A DNA stretch of 64,000 nucleotides from Eledone cirrhosa (Eukaryota), in assembly GCA_964016885.1 (NCBI GenBank), contig OZ024750.1, positions 9,486,001 through 9,550,000 of the forward strand. Direction: 5' to 3'. This document shows, piece by piece, positions 52,684 to 64,000 of this stretch. Below the pieces are notes generated by a model. That model was not told where the DNA came from. It ran no database searches and saw nothing but the letters and a program-made list of their open reading frames with translations. Within the stretch, counting starts at the first letter, position 1; each line of letters opens with the position of its first letter. The translations under genes and the position numbers were made by a program.

Positions 52684-52722
52684 TGAACAAGTACTTTCAT
52701 GCTTTCGCAATCTTCAGGTTCA
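52684..52722 (-). ncRNA. Very small type I hammerhead-like motif (U.U helix II base, GUAC loop III)
   Basis: Minus strand: TGAAC-CTGAAGA-T-TGC-gaaa-GCA-T-GAAA-GTAC-TT-GTTCA. Confidence 0.6.
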
Positions 52723-52775
52723 TATTCTGTGGTGACACTCAAGTTTGCAATTTTCAACAGTTGTAAATTGCAAAC

Positions 52776-52834
52776 TTTAGTCCAGAAATAGCCATCGAAA
52801 CGGCTTGAGCTCTGCCGTCGGGGTCATACTTTCT

Positions 52835-52892
<58 letters not shown>

Positions 52893-52985
52893 TATATGTA
52901 TATATATTTTGTTGAATATATATATATATATATATAGGAAAAAGTATGACGCCAACGGCAGAGCTCAAGCCATTTCTGGACTAAA
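52776..52985. mobile_element. Two H5 half-hammerhead fragments inverted around a (TA)n tract
   Basis: 52776-52838 and 52935-52985 are reverse-complementary H5 pieces. Confidence 0.75.
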
Positions 52986-52997
52986 TATATATATATA

Positions 52998-53048
<51 letters not shown>

Positions 53049-53070
53049 GTATATATATATATTTATATAT

Positions 53071-53630
53071 ATCATCATCATCATCATCGTTTAACGTCCA
53101 TATTCCACGCTTGCATGGGTTTGGACGGGAGTTTTCCCACTTGAGGCAAGAGTGGTTGTCTTGCTCGCATAGGACTGTCTGGCGGGTTTTCTACGGCTGG
53201 ATGCCCTTCCTAACACCAACCACATTTACAGTGTGGAACTGGGAGGTTTTTACCGTGTTACCTACACGGCCACATTACAGCGTGGACTGTGTGTTTTTTT
53301 TTTGTCGTGACACCTACACGACCTCATTTGTTTCGGGCTGGATGTTGTGGTACCAACATAACTTTACATTGAAAGGAGTGGTGTGGATGGGTTGGGGGTA
53401 GTGGGACGGGGGTGTATTTTGTTAGAGGTGCCTACTGACTGTAGTAGGTTTCACTTTGCACTTTAGGTAAGGCGGATCTTCTCTATTACTGTGTAGCGCC
53501 AAAGATCTCGGTCCAGTGACATTGTCTTGGAGAGGTGTAAGTGTGTGAGGTCGGAATTTATCAAGTCGTCCCAGGTTTTTCTGGGTCTGCCTACTCTGTG
53601 GCTACCGTCTATTTTTATTGCCCTGCACTT
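53071..53630 (-). mobile_element. RTE LINE 3' ORF end plus UTR
   Basis: KCRAIKIDGSHRVGRPRKTWDDLINSDL...DRDLW, then UTR and (GAT)n. Confidence 0.9.
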
Positions 53631-54994
53631 TATATATTTATATATATATATATCAGTGTATTTGTCTTCCACATGATTCCAATCAACCAAATATACCACT
53701 TACAAGAGATAATCTACCCATAGCTGTGATAGAAAACTGATCAAAATATCATTGAACATGAAAGCCTATAGTGAGAGAAAGTATTTAACTTCACAGCCAT
53801 ACGTATACTCCTGAATAGAAGAAGATATTTCATGTTTTCATCTTACATACTTGCAATACCAAATCCAATCTATATTGATCTGAGATTTTCATTTTGTTGA
53901 AGTTGCTAAAATCATTAGAAGAAGAATTGTCTGTACCAATTTCAGATTGTGTTCAGCTGTAAGGAATAAAATATATTAAAGTAATTCCACTCTCTTGTCA
54001 ACCTTTGATTTTCTGCTGCTGTGATTGATGAAATTCCTTACAGCATGGGTTCAGTTAATGTTTTTGATACATTCCTGAAGAGCAATAACTTTAATTGAAG
54101 CAATGCTGAAGTAAAACAGAACCAAATTAATGTAAGAGAATAGATGAGATTAATGGTCACTATCATTATCATCATTGTCGTCATTATCATCATCATCATC
54201 ATCATTACTATCACCATCACCATCATCACCATCACCATCACCATCATCACCATTGCCATCATCACCATCATCATCATCACCATCATCATCACCACCACCA
54301 TCACCATCATCATCTTCATTATCATCACCATCATCATCACCACCATCATCATCATGATCTTCATCTTCAGTGTTATCAACCATCTACTCATTATCATCAT
54401 CATCACCACCAGCATTGCTGTCTACCACCACCACCTCATCATCATCATCATCACCATCATTATTTTAACAATCCTTCTCTCTGATATCAAAGGTTAGACA
54501 ATGTCTGCCAAGTCTTATCTGACATCTTCGACCTCTGTCATCAGAACAATGATGGCCAACTATTCTACTTAACTATTATTTCCAGGTCCCCCTCATCCAT
54601 GGCTGTCTCTGTATCTTTCACCAATAATTCATTATATAATCTCACCTGTTAGGCGCCCTACATGCAGGTTTACCTGGCCTTCCATGAGATAGCTTATTAT
54701 AGGTGACTTTTTGGGGCTGTGTTTTAATTATAGGGTCTCTAATCCTATAATTGTTTCTACATTTGGCACAAGACCAGCAATTATCCCAGTGCATTACTGG
54801 TACTTTATTTTATCGACCCCCGTAAGGATGAAAGGCAAAGTTAATCTCGGCGGGATTTGAACTCAGAACGTAATGAGGGAAGGAGATGCAGTTCTTCAGA
54901 CCCTTTTCTGATTTCTGTGATTAGGGAGAGGATGGCCGGAAGTGATCCTGAAATTGGAAACTTGGTTCAGATATTTCAAAGACACTGAAGGGCT

Positions 54995-55545
54995 ATGTGA
55001 TGATGGTGGTGGTGGTGGTGGTGGTAGTGGTGGTGGTGGTGGTGGTGGTGGTGGTGGTGGTGGTGGTGGTGGTGGTGGTGGTGGTGAACGGTGGAGGTGA
55101 TGGTGATGGTGGTTGTGGTGGTGAACGATGGCGGTGGTGGTGGTGATGGTGGTTGTGGTGGTGGTGGTGATGGTGGTGGTGGTGGTGAACGATGGAGGTG
55201 GTGGTGCTGATGGTGGTGGTGATGGTAGTGGTGGTAGTGGTGGTGGTGGTGGTGGTGAACGATGGAGGTGGTGGTGATGATGGTGGTGGTGATGATGGTG
55301 GTGGTGATGGTAATGATGGTGGTAGTGATTGTGGTGGCGGTGGTGGTAATGGTGGTGGTGATGGTGGTGATGGTGATAATGGTGGTGGTGATGGTGGTGA
55401 TGGTGATAATGGTGGTGGAGTGGCGATTGTGATAATGGTGGTAATGGTGATGACAGTGGTGGTGGTTGTGATGGTGATGATGGTGGTAGTGATTGTGGTG
55501 TTGATGGAAATGGTGGTGGTGATGATGATGCTGATGATAATGATA
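54995..55545. repeat. (GGT/GAT)n repeat
   Basis: Direct inspection. Confidence 0.95.
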
Positions 55546-55730
55546 ATAATTGTTTCTACTTTAGGCACAAGGCCAGCAAATTATCCAGTGTATTACTGGT
55601 ACTTTATTTTATCGACCCCGTAAGGATGAAAGGCAAAGTAAACCTCGGCGGGATTTGAACCGTAAAGGGACGTAACTATGCTGGAAAGCATGGCGTCCGA
55701 CCCTCTACCGATACTGCCAATCCACCGCCG
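55546..55730 (-). mobile_element. SINE family B (another partial copy at 54748-54870)
   Basis: Family B motifs. Confidence 0.85.
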
Positions 55731-56539
55731 CTTGATGATAATGATAATGATGTTCAATATTTCTTTGGCTGTCATGAAATTACAGTTATCAAATGTTTCT
55801 TCTAGTTTCTTGCACATCCCATCAGCTGAATGTCTCCAAAATTTGTCCCCAGAGCTGATTCTGCCATCTAAGAACTTAACTGTAATTTTTACATTTCATT
55901 CCACTAATATACCAATAATCTAGGGCGAGAAGAACATTCCTCTCCAAGGAACATGATTCTGTACTGAAGCTAGGTATTTATCTTCAAAGACATCAATACT
56001 TCATGTCTCAGTGTACACAGCTATTAATTATATTCTGAGGGTACACAAGATTCAATATTAAACTAGTTGGAAAGTCTGAGTGAAACATCGTGCCAAAACT
56101 GCTCTCAGTCTTTAATCAAATTAAACAAGAGATAAGTAATGTCTGGTAATAAATATATCAGAAATAATACTTTATCAGAGTAACTGTTAGACCAGAAGGG
56201 GTTAGCAAATATTTATGGTTTAAAGTTAATTATAATAACTACTGATAGTAATGTAATGCAGTATTGTAGGATCTTATACTGTGTGGTAAAGGAAATATAA
56301 TAGTATACTTCAAATTCAGGGGTCAGTTCCGATGTTGGTCAATCCAGTTTCTCCTAATTGGTTTCATAACAGGTTGATGGTTCTTCTGGGTGGCTCTCTG
56401 CAGAATAGTCAGATGTTGAGGTTGCCATCTTGGCAGCAACCTGACATGCCATGGGTCTGCAACCTGCCCCAAGAGACTGGCCTACCTAGGATGGCCCTAC
56501 CAAGAGCAAAGCTCCAGACAGTAACAATCTCTTGGATTT

Positions 56540-57003
56540 ATTTGGCAGTATCGATAGAGGGCTGGACGCCATGCTTTGCAGAATAGAGTTACGGTCCTTT
56601 ATGATCTGAGGTTAAATCCCGCCGAGGTTCATCCTTACGGGGTCGATAAAATAAAGTACCAGTCACGCACTGGGGTCGATTTAATCGACATTCCCCTCCG
56701 CCAAAATTGTTGGCCTTGTGCCTATATAAGAAACAATTATTATTATTATTCAAATCCCGCCAAGGTTAACTTTGCCTTTCATCCTTACGGGGTCGATAAA
56801 ATAAAGTACCAGTAATGTACTGGTGGATTGCTGGCCTTGTGCCTAACGTAGAAACAATTATTATTATTATTAATTCATTATTAGTTCAAATCCTGCCGAG
56901 GTTAACTTTGACTTTCATCCTTACGAGGTTGATAAAATAAAGTACCAGTAATGCACTGAGATAATTGCTGACCTTGTGCCAAAAGTAGAAACAATTATTA
57001 TTA
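56540..57003 (+). mobile_element. Three head-to-tail family B SINE units
   Basis: One near-full copy, then two units restarting at the B-box TTCAAATCC (~56749, ~56885), each ending GAAACAATTATTATT. Confidence 0.85.
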
Positions 57004-57912
57004 ATTAATTTTTTTTTTGTACATGCCTGGGATCAATGAGGGATCAAGGATTTCATACAGGGGTCTATGGTCAAAATAGTTTGGGGACCTCTAATCTAGT
57101 ATGTTATAATCCAAATAAACCCTTCCTGTTGTCATATGAGGCGTCACCCTATGGAGTTTGATGGGTTTTACCTCACATTATACCTCAAGGTTCTAAAGGA
57201 CCAATTGTTTATATCTCCTAGACAGTGTCTACTCAGACTAAAAAGAAAGGATTATCCATTTTTTATTCTATTAAGAAGTTCCATCCATATCTCTTTGATT
57301 ACAAGTTTACCATTATCGGTAACTATAAGCCTCTTGGAGTTCTCACTAAAACCAAACTAATCCCCTCCATGTTTGTTGCTAGAATACACCATCTATAAAT
57401 TACACTGGGTACACAACACCATCTTTAGATTACACTGGGTATACAATACCATCTTCAGATTCGCATCTCCGTCCTCTGGGGAAACACCTTCTCCATTGTC
57501 TGCCGGGGCTGTGGGGAGGCTATCAATATGATTGACTGAATTGACATAGAGTAGAAACAGAAGACATTGGTCAGTTCACTCACCTTTTCATTGCCAAACT
57601 GCCAAGACATTCTATGTACTCCTTTTCTGCATATCAAATATGGTTATTTCTCTGATGGCATAAATGGTCAAGACTTCTTTCCTACTTAATAAAAATTTAC
57701 TTTCTCTTAAGTTTACTTTGAAGCCTTTTATTTCTAAATCTCTGATTCTCTGTTTCTCTGTCTGGTATTTCTTCTCTAACTGAACCACAGTTTCAGCAGA
57801 ATTAGGTCATCAGTATGTACAGTTTCTACTATGTCATGTCTCCATTAATTTTCATATCTTTCCTTTTAAACTAATCCAGTAATGCAGCATTTTTAAATAC
57901 ATTCCTTTGGCC

Positions 57913-57989
<77 letters not shown>

Positions 57990-58925
57990 TGTGTGTGTGT
58001 GCGTGTGTGTAGATATGAGGATGTGTGCATATGTGTGTGTATATGAGTGAGTATGTGTGTGTGTGTATGGGTGTGTGTATGGGTGAGGATGTGTGTGTGT
58101 GAGTAAGTATGAGTATGCGTGCATGTATGTTCAGCATAAAATGTATTCAATCAGCAACACTTGAGACACAACATGGAGTCTTAGAAACTACTTTTATTAC
58201 TAATGAACTCTCAGACTTAATTGAATCATATATGATGATGATGACGATGATGATGATGATGATGACAATGATGATGTCGATAATGATGATGTCAATAATG
58301 TTGATGATGATGATGATACTGATGATGTCAATGATGATGACAATGATGATAGAGATGAAGATATAAATCCAGCACATCTTTATTGTTATAACCTTTTCCT
58401 CAGACTAAATATCAACACCAATGTCAGCCATAGAGACAGAAGTGGTTTCAGTTTGACTTTTTTCCTTTTTGTTATTCTTTTAATTAAAATATCTCTTATA
58501 TAGTATGAGTCCTAAATAACTGGATTGAACCTGAGAGAAATAGCAAAGCAGTGATTTAATAACTGTAGGTGGAAATAAAAAATTCATTATGAAAATATCA
58601 GAGACATGCAGAGAAAAGAACAAATCCGCAGTAAATATCTGATCAAAATAATAATTGGATTGTTGTATCTGGCATTGGTTTGCTGAGGTGGTTGCATGAA
58701 AAGGTAAAGGATAAAGCCCTCCTTCAGTCATGAATCACCATGGGATTTACACCTAGAAAGTTTCCCATCCGAGCTACAAGTCCGGGCAAGATTTGTTTGT
58801 GGAAGACCAGCAGTCGTCCATGCATACCAGTTTCTCCTCTCTATGCCACAAATGTTATCAAAGGGAAAGGCAATGGCTGATATAGCTTGGCACCAGTGTT
58901 GTCGCAACTCACATTTTACCATTAA

Positions 58926-59133
58926 CCTTTTAGCATTTAAACCGGCCATATTCGGCCAGAATTCTCTCACCTCTTTCTGTCCAAATTGGCTGTAACTGGC
59001 CACTCATACAGATGTTAAGGGAGTATTCTCAAAATAAATTATATCAAAATCTCATAGATTCGATATTATGTAAGATAAAGCCTTTACCATGAAAATATAA
59101 TGGTAAATATAGAGTAATGTAAATGCTAAAGGG
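58926..59133. mobile_element. piggyBac-like MITE
   Basis: TTAA TSD; TIRs CCTTTTAGCATTTA / TAAATGCTAAAGGG; partial copies at ~5480-5533, ~18715-18750 and ~20750-20924. Confidence 0.85.
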
Positions 59134-59185
59134 TTAAATGGATAGATACTGTTTGAAGCTGTTGAAGCGACTCTATCACAGTGTA

Positions 59186-59527
59186 ACGCAGTAATACAGG
59201 GTACCCGACCTCCCATGGGTACATGCTGAAGCATATAAACAATATGCCCCCCCCCCACCGCAAGGTGGTCGTGGAGGTGCCACGGCAAAAAAGCACCCAG
59301 CCCACACTGTAAAGTGGACGTGTAGGCGCCACGAAAAAGCACCCAGCACTCACTGTAAATGAGGTTGGTGTTAGGAAGGGCATCCAGCTGTAGAAATCAA
59401 GCCAGATCAGTTCCTGTATGAGCAAGGCATGGTCAGCCGACCAGACACTGCCCACAACAGGACAACCCGTCTAACCCATGCTAGCGTGGAAGAACGGACG
59501 TAAAACGGTGATGATGATGATGATGAT
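59186..59527 (+). mobile_element. RTE 3' end, apparently identical to 23346-23689
   Basis: No difference seen by eye over ~340 bp. Confidence 0.92.
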
Positions 59528-59854
59528 ATATGTATGGTATGGTAAATTAAATTAATCCCAATGATATTCTGGGGTTCAAATTGTATATCTGTACTGCAAG
59601 AAACACTATAGAAAAGCCAATAAACACCCAGTAAACTAATTCTACAAAACGGTTTCATTTCCAGCTTGAAGCTAATTCAAGCAGGAATTTCACCAATTCC
59701 ATTATTTCCATTGAGAGAAATAAAACAGTTTTATAATGTCATTTAGTCTCCTGTATAAATCCTTGACCTTGAGCATCTGTTGCAAAACATTGTTGTTGCC
59801 TCGAATATTACCATTATCTCGTCTGTATCATTGTCATTATCATAAAATTGTTAA

Positions 59855-60945
59855 TACCATTATCACCACCACTACAATTACCACCACCACTACCATTATC
59901 ACCACCACTACAATTACCACCACCACTAACATTATCACCACCACTACCATTATCACCACCACTAACATTACCACCACCACTACCATTATCACCACCACTA
60001 CCTTTATCACCACCACTACAATTACCACCACCACTACCATTATCACCACCACTACCATTACCACCACCACTACCATTATCACCACCACTACCATTATCAC
60101 CACCACTACCATTATCACCACCTTTACCATACCACAACCATTATCACCACCATTATCATTATCATCACCATTGCCATACCATTATCATCACCACTACCAT
60201 TACCACCACTACCATACCATCACCATTATCATCACCACTACCATTACCACCACTACCATACCATCACCATTATCACCACCACTACCATACCATCACCATT
60301 ATCATCACCACTACCATTACCACCACTACCATACCACCACCATTATCACCACCACTACCATACCACCACCATTATCACCACCACTACCATACCATTACCA
60401 GTATCACCACCAACACCACCATTATCATCACCCCTACCACCACCAGTATCACCACCACCAACACCACCATTATCATCACCCCTACCACCACCAGTATCAC
60501 CACCATTATCATCACCACCACCACCACCAGTATCACCACCACCAACACCACCATTATCATCACCCCTACCACCACCAGTATCACCACCATTATCATCACC
60601 ACCACCACCACCAGTATCACCACCACCAACACCACCATTATCATCACCCCTACCACCACCAGTATCACCACCATTATCATCACCACCACCACCACCAGTA
60701 TCACCACCACCAACACCACCATTATCATCACCCCTACCACCACCAGTATCACCACCATTATCATCACCACCACCACCACCACCAGTATCACCACCACCAA
60801 CACCACCATTATCATCACCCCAACCACCACCAGTATCACCACCACCACCAACGCCACCATTATCATCACCCCTACCACCACCATTATCACCACTCCTACC
60901 ATACCATTATCACCACCACCACCACCATTATCATTACCACAACTA
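59855..60945. repeat. (CAC/CAT)-derived repeat with 18-bp and larger higher-order units
   Basis: ACCATTATCACCACCACT blocks, then CACCAGTATCACCACCACCAACACCACCATTATCAT blocks. Confidence 0.9.
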
Positions 60946-61289
60946 ACTCTATGATCATCATTTACTTTTAACCCTCATGTTGATAATAATAGTGATAATT
61001 ATTATTATTATCCTCCTCCTCCTCCTAGTCAGAAGAGTAATGGTAAAATGTCTATTACCAATGCTAATATGGCTTGAAAGTCAATAATGAATTAATAACC
61101 GAAGCACAGACAGATTATCTGCTTGGCATCATCAAATATTACATTATCCATTGGATATTATCATAATGAGATTTGTACAATGTTATTATCAGAATGTTAA
61201 GATAAGAAGACTGTGTATGACTGTGTGTATTATACGAGATATCCAAGTAAAAGATCAAAAGTTTATATCCTATAAATGATATTAGACTG

Positions 61290-62790
61290 GAGCCTACATC
61301 CACAGAAATGTGTAGTGGGACCATCAGAAGTATAACAGAGAAGATAGACTTTGCATGAGGCACAACAGCATAAACTAATTAGCTGCAAAAATGTGCATGA
61401 AATAAATTCTCTCAAATGCTCAGAAGGTTCCATAGAACTAGTGGATGGCTTGTGTTACCTAGGTGACCGAATTAAGAGGAGATATATGTGTAGGTGTTCT
61501 GGAATAAAACTAACCTGAGTAAGGACAAACTAGTAGATAGCTTGTGTTACCTAGGTGAAACTAGGTGGCGAGATTAAGAGAGAGTACAGGTGTAGGTGTT
61601 ATAGATTAAAAATATCCACAGATGGATGAACTAGTGGATAGCTTGTGTTACCTAGGTGAAACTAGGTGACCAAATTAAGAGGGGGTACAGGTGTAGGTGT
61701 TATGGATTAAAAATATCCACAGATGGATGAACTAGTGGATAGCTTGTGTTACCTAGGTGAAACTAGGTGACCAAATTAAGAGGGGGTACAGGTGTAGGTG
61801 TTATGGATTAAAAATATCCACAGATGGATGAACTAGTGAATAGCTTGTGTTACCTAGGTGAAACTAGGTGACCAAATTAAGAGGGGGTACAGGTGTAGGT
61901 GTTATGGATTAAAAATATCCACAGATGGATGAACTAGTGAATAGCTTGTGTTACCTAGGTGAAACTAGGTGACCAAATTAAGAGGGGGTACAGGTGTAGG
62001 TGTTATGGATTAAAAATATCCACAGATGGATGAACTAGTGGATAGCTTGTGTTACCTAGGTGAAACTAGGTGACCAAATTAAGAGGGGGTACAGGTGTAG
62101 GTGTTATGGATTAAAAATATCCACAGATGGATGAACTAGTGGATAGCTTGTGTTACCTAGGTGAAACTAGGTGACCAAGTTAAGAGGGGGTACAGGTGTA
62201 GGTGTTATGGATTAAAAATATCCACAGATGGATGAACTAGTGGATAGCTTGTGTTACCTAGGTGAAACTAGGTGACCAAATTAAGAGGGGGTACAGGTGT
62301 AGGTGTTATGGATTAAAAATATCCACAGATGGATGAACTAGTGGATAGCTTGTGTTACCTAGGTGAAACTAGGTGACCAAGTTAAGAGGGGGTACAGGTG
62401 TAGGTGTTATGAAATAAGAATATCCACAGACGAACGAACTAGTGGATAGCTTGTGTTACCTAGGTGACCAAATTAAAAGAAGATATCGATGTTATGGAAT
62501 AAAAATTATAGCCAGAGAAGGACAAACTAGTAGATATATTATGTTGCCTAGGTGACCAAATTAAGAATGGATATAGGTGTAGGTGTTCTGAAATAAAACT
62601 AACCAGAGTAAGGAAAGGATAGAAAAATAGTTGGAGTTATTAATACCGCTGGTAGCAAAAGGTTTCTCTCTGAGAGTAAAGGAGAGATTGTATTATGTTG
62701 TATCAAAGTGTGATACAGCAGGGAGTAATATGAGAGATAGAGAGTGAAGAATTGAAAGATAGCGCCAAAGATATTAAATGGTAAGAGAGA
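61290..62790 (+). mobile_element. Old RTE LINE fragment containing a 101-bp tandem array (~61530-62460)
   Basis: Flanks translate to EGSIELVDGLCYLGDRI and PLVAKGFSLRVKERLY; unit starts at 61628, 61729, 61830, 61931 and onward. Confidence 0.85.
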
Positions 62791-62924
62791 AAGATGGCTA
62801 ATGACAGAGAAAAGGAATTGTAATGGATATTGAATAGAGATAGATCCAATACCAACTCTGATTACACAGGAAGGGGGCTAGAGAGATAAAGGATGATAGT
62901 AGGATAGTTGACACACAAGAATAA

Positions 62925-62962
<38 letters not shown>

Positions 62963-63240
62963 TTTACACTTCATTAACTCTTCGCCAAATTCTTTATATA
63001 TACACCAACCAACAACATATGACTTTAGCTCAGTTTGACAATTGTCACCGAAGAATGCGAGAAAGTTCTCCAGAAAGTTAATCAGAATTTTTTTTAAACT
63101 TTCCACCGAAGTTAACAAAGGACTTATTAGATCTACATAGTAAAATTGTAAAATTAAATTGTTATAGAATACTAACTACAAGGGAAGTCATTCTTTTCCT
63201 TTTTTCAAATATATATATATATATAGAGATAGATACATAG

Positions 63241-63348
63241 ATTGTAAAGAGTTAGTGCTTGATGGCTGAGCTCATGCTGTTTCGATGATGAATCCATTCA
63301 CTGCTGAAGCTGTGTGAGCTCAGCTGCCAGGCACTAACTCTTTACAAT
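63241..63348. mobile_element. Half-hammerhead fold-back palindrome, family H7
   Basis: Imperfect IR; combining the two arms gives GAAA-CAGC-(GAGCTC loop)-GCTG-TC; (TA)n on the left. Confidence 0.65.
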
Positions 63349-64000
63349 ATATACACTGTACTTTCCCCACCATCATGATGATGATGATGGTGGTTGTGAT
63401 GAAAGTGATGGTAATGGTGATGATGATATAGAGTATCTATAGTAGGCATCTTCTGTAAATGGTTTAGAGATATTAGAAGTAAATTGACTATGTCTCCCCC
63501 GACTCAGTATGAAAGGGGATACTCTAGCAATCATTGAATGAAGGATGAAGAATAATAAAAGCAGAATGTCTTCAGTAAGAGAATTGTCCAAGAACTATTG
63601 TATGTATAAAATGAAGTGAGTGCTGTTGAATTAAGTAAGCAATGGCTGAGTATCAGCTGCAGTAGTTGCTGCACGCCATGAAGACATTGTATGATAGTAT
63701 GGACAAAAACTGTGGATAGATTATACATGTTCTTGGGTTCTATAATGATAGTGAAAATGATTGTGTACAGTGCTCAGGTGCACTACAACAACAACAAAAT
63801 ATGAAATAAAGAGACTTGTTCAAGAATACAACACACTGCTCTACCCAGGAATTGAAGTCACAACCTTATTATTGTGAGTGTAACATTTTAACCACTATAC
63901 TGTTATATAGCGTAGTACTACCCAACAAGCTACCAGTACCAGTAAATCAGTTTCTGGTTTGTTGTTGTTGTATTAGAAAAGGTTCCAGTCCTTCAGTCAA

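Noticed and set aside
59736-60971. 411-aa Thr/His-rich ORF
   Set aside because: Trinucleotide-derived repeat open in multiple frames on both strands, with no supporting gene structure.
63047-63090. CCGAAGA...GAGAA/TTCTC...GAAA motif
   Set aside because: Core altered and no stem I.

Overview
AT-rich, repeat-saturated eukaryotic DNA with no convincing host protein-coding exon; it reads as intron or intergenic sequence. The repeat complement resembles an octopus or other coleoid cephalopod genome (inference). It includes (TA)n, (CA)n, (GAT)n and (CAC)n microsatellites, RTE-clade LINE fragments with (GAT)n tails, two tRNA-derived SINE families, hAT, Tc1/mariner, pogo and piggyBac-type MITEs, a Helitron and a probable solo LTR. 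Nearly all listed ORFs are microsatellite artefacts; the only intact coding stretch is a 5'-truncated RTE ORF (22528-23388). The main unexplained signal is a set of short elements from several unrelated families, mostly inside or next to (TA)n tracts, that carry type I hammerhead ribozyme folds (CUGANGA...GAAA...UH with base-paired stems). These are of the minimal, palindromic-loop kind known from Penelope-like retroelements. Many copies form fold-back palindromes, several centred on hammerhead helix II, and three unrelated copies share a non-canonical U.U pair at the base of helix II. Two minisatellites grew from inside a LINE ORF and a SINE head, and a third repeats a B-box-like motif. All folds were read by eye; no search or folding program was run.
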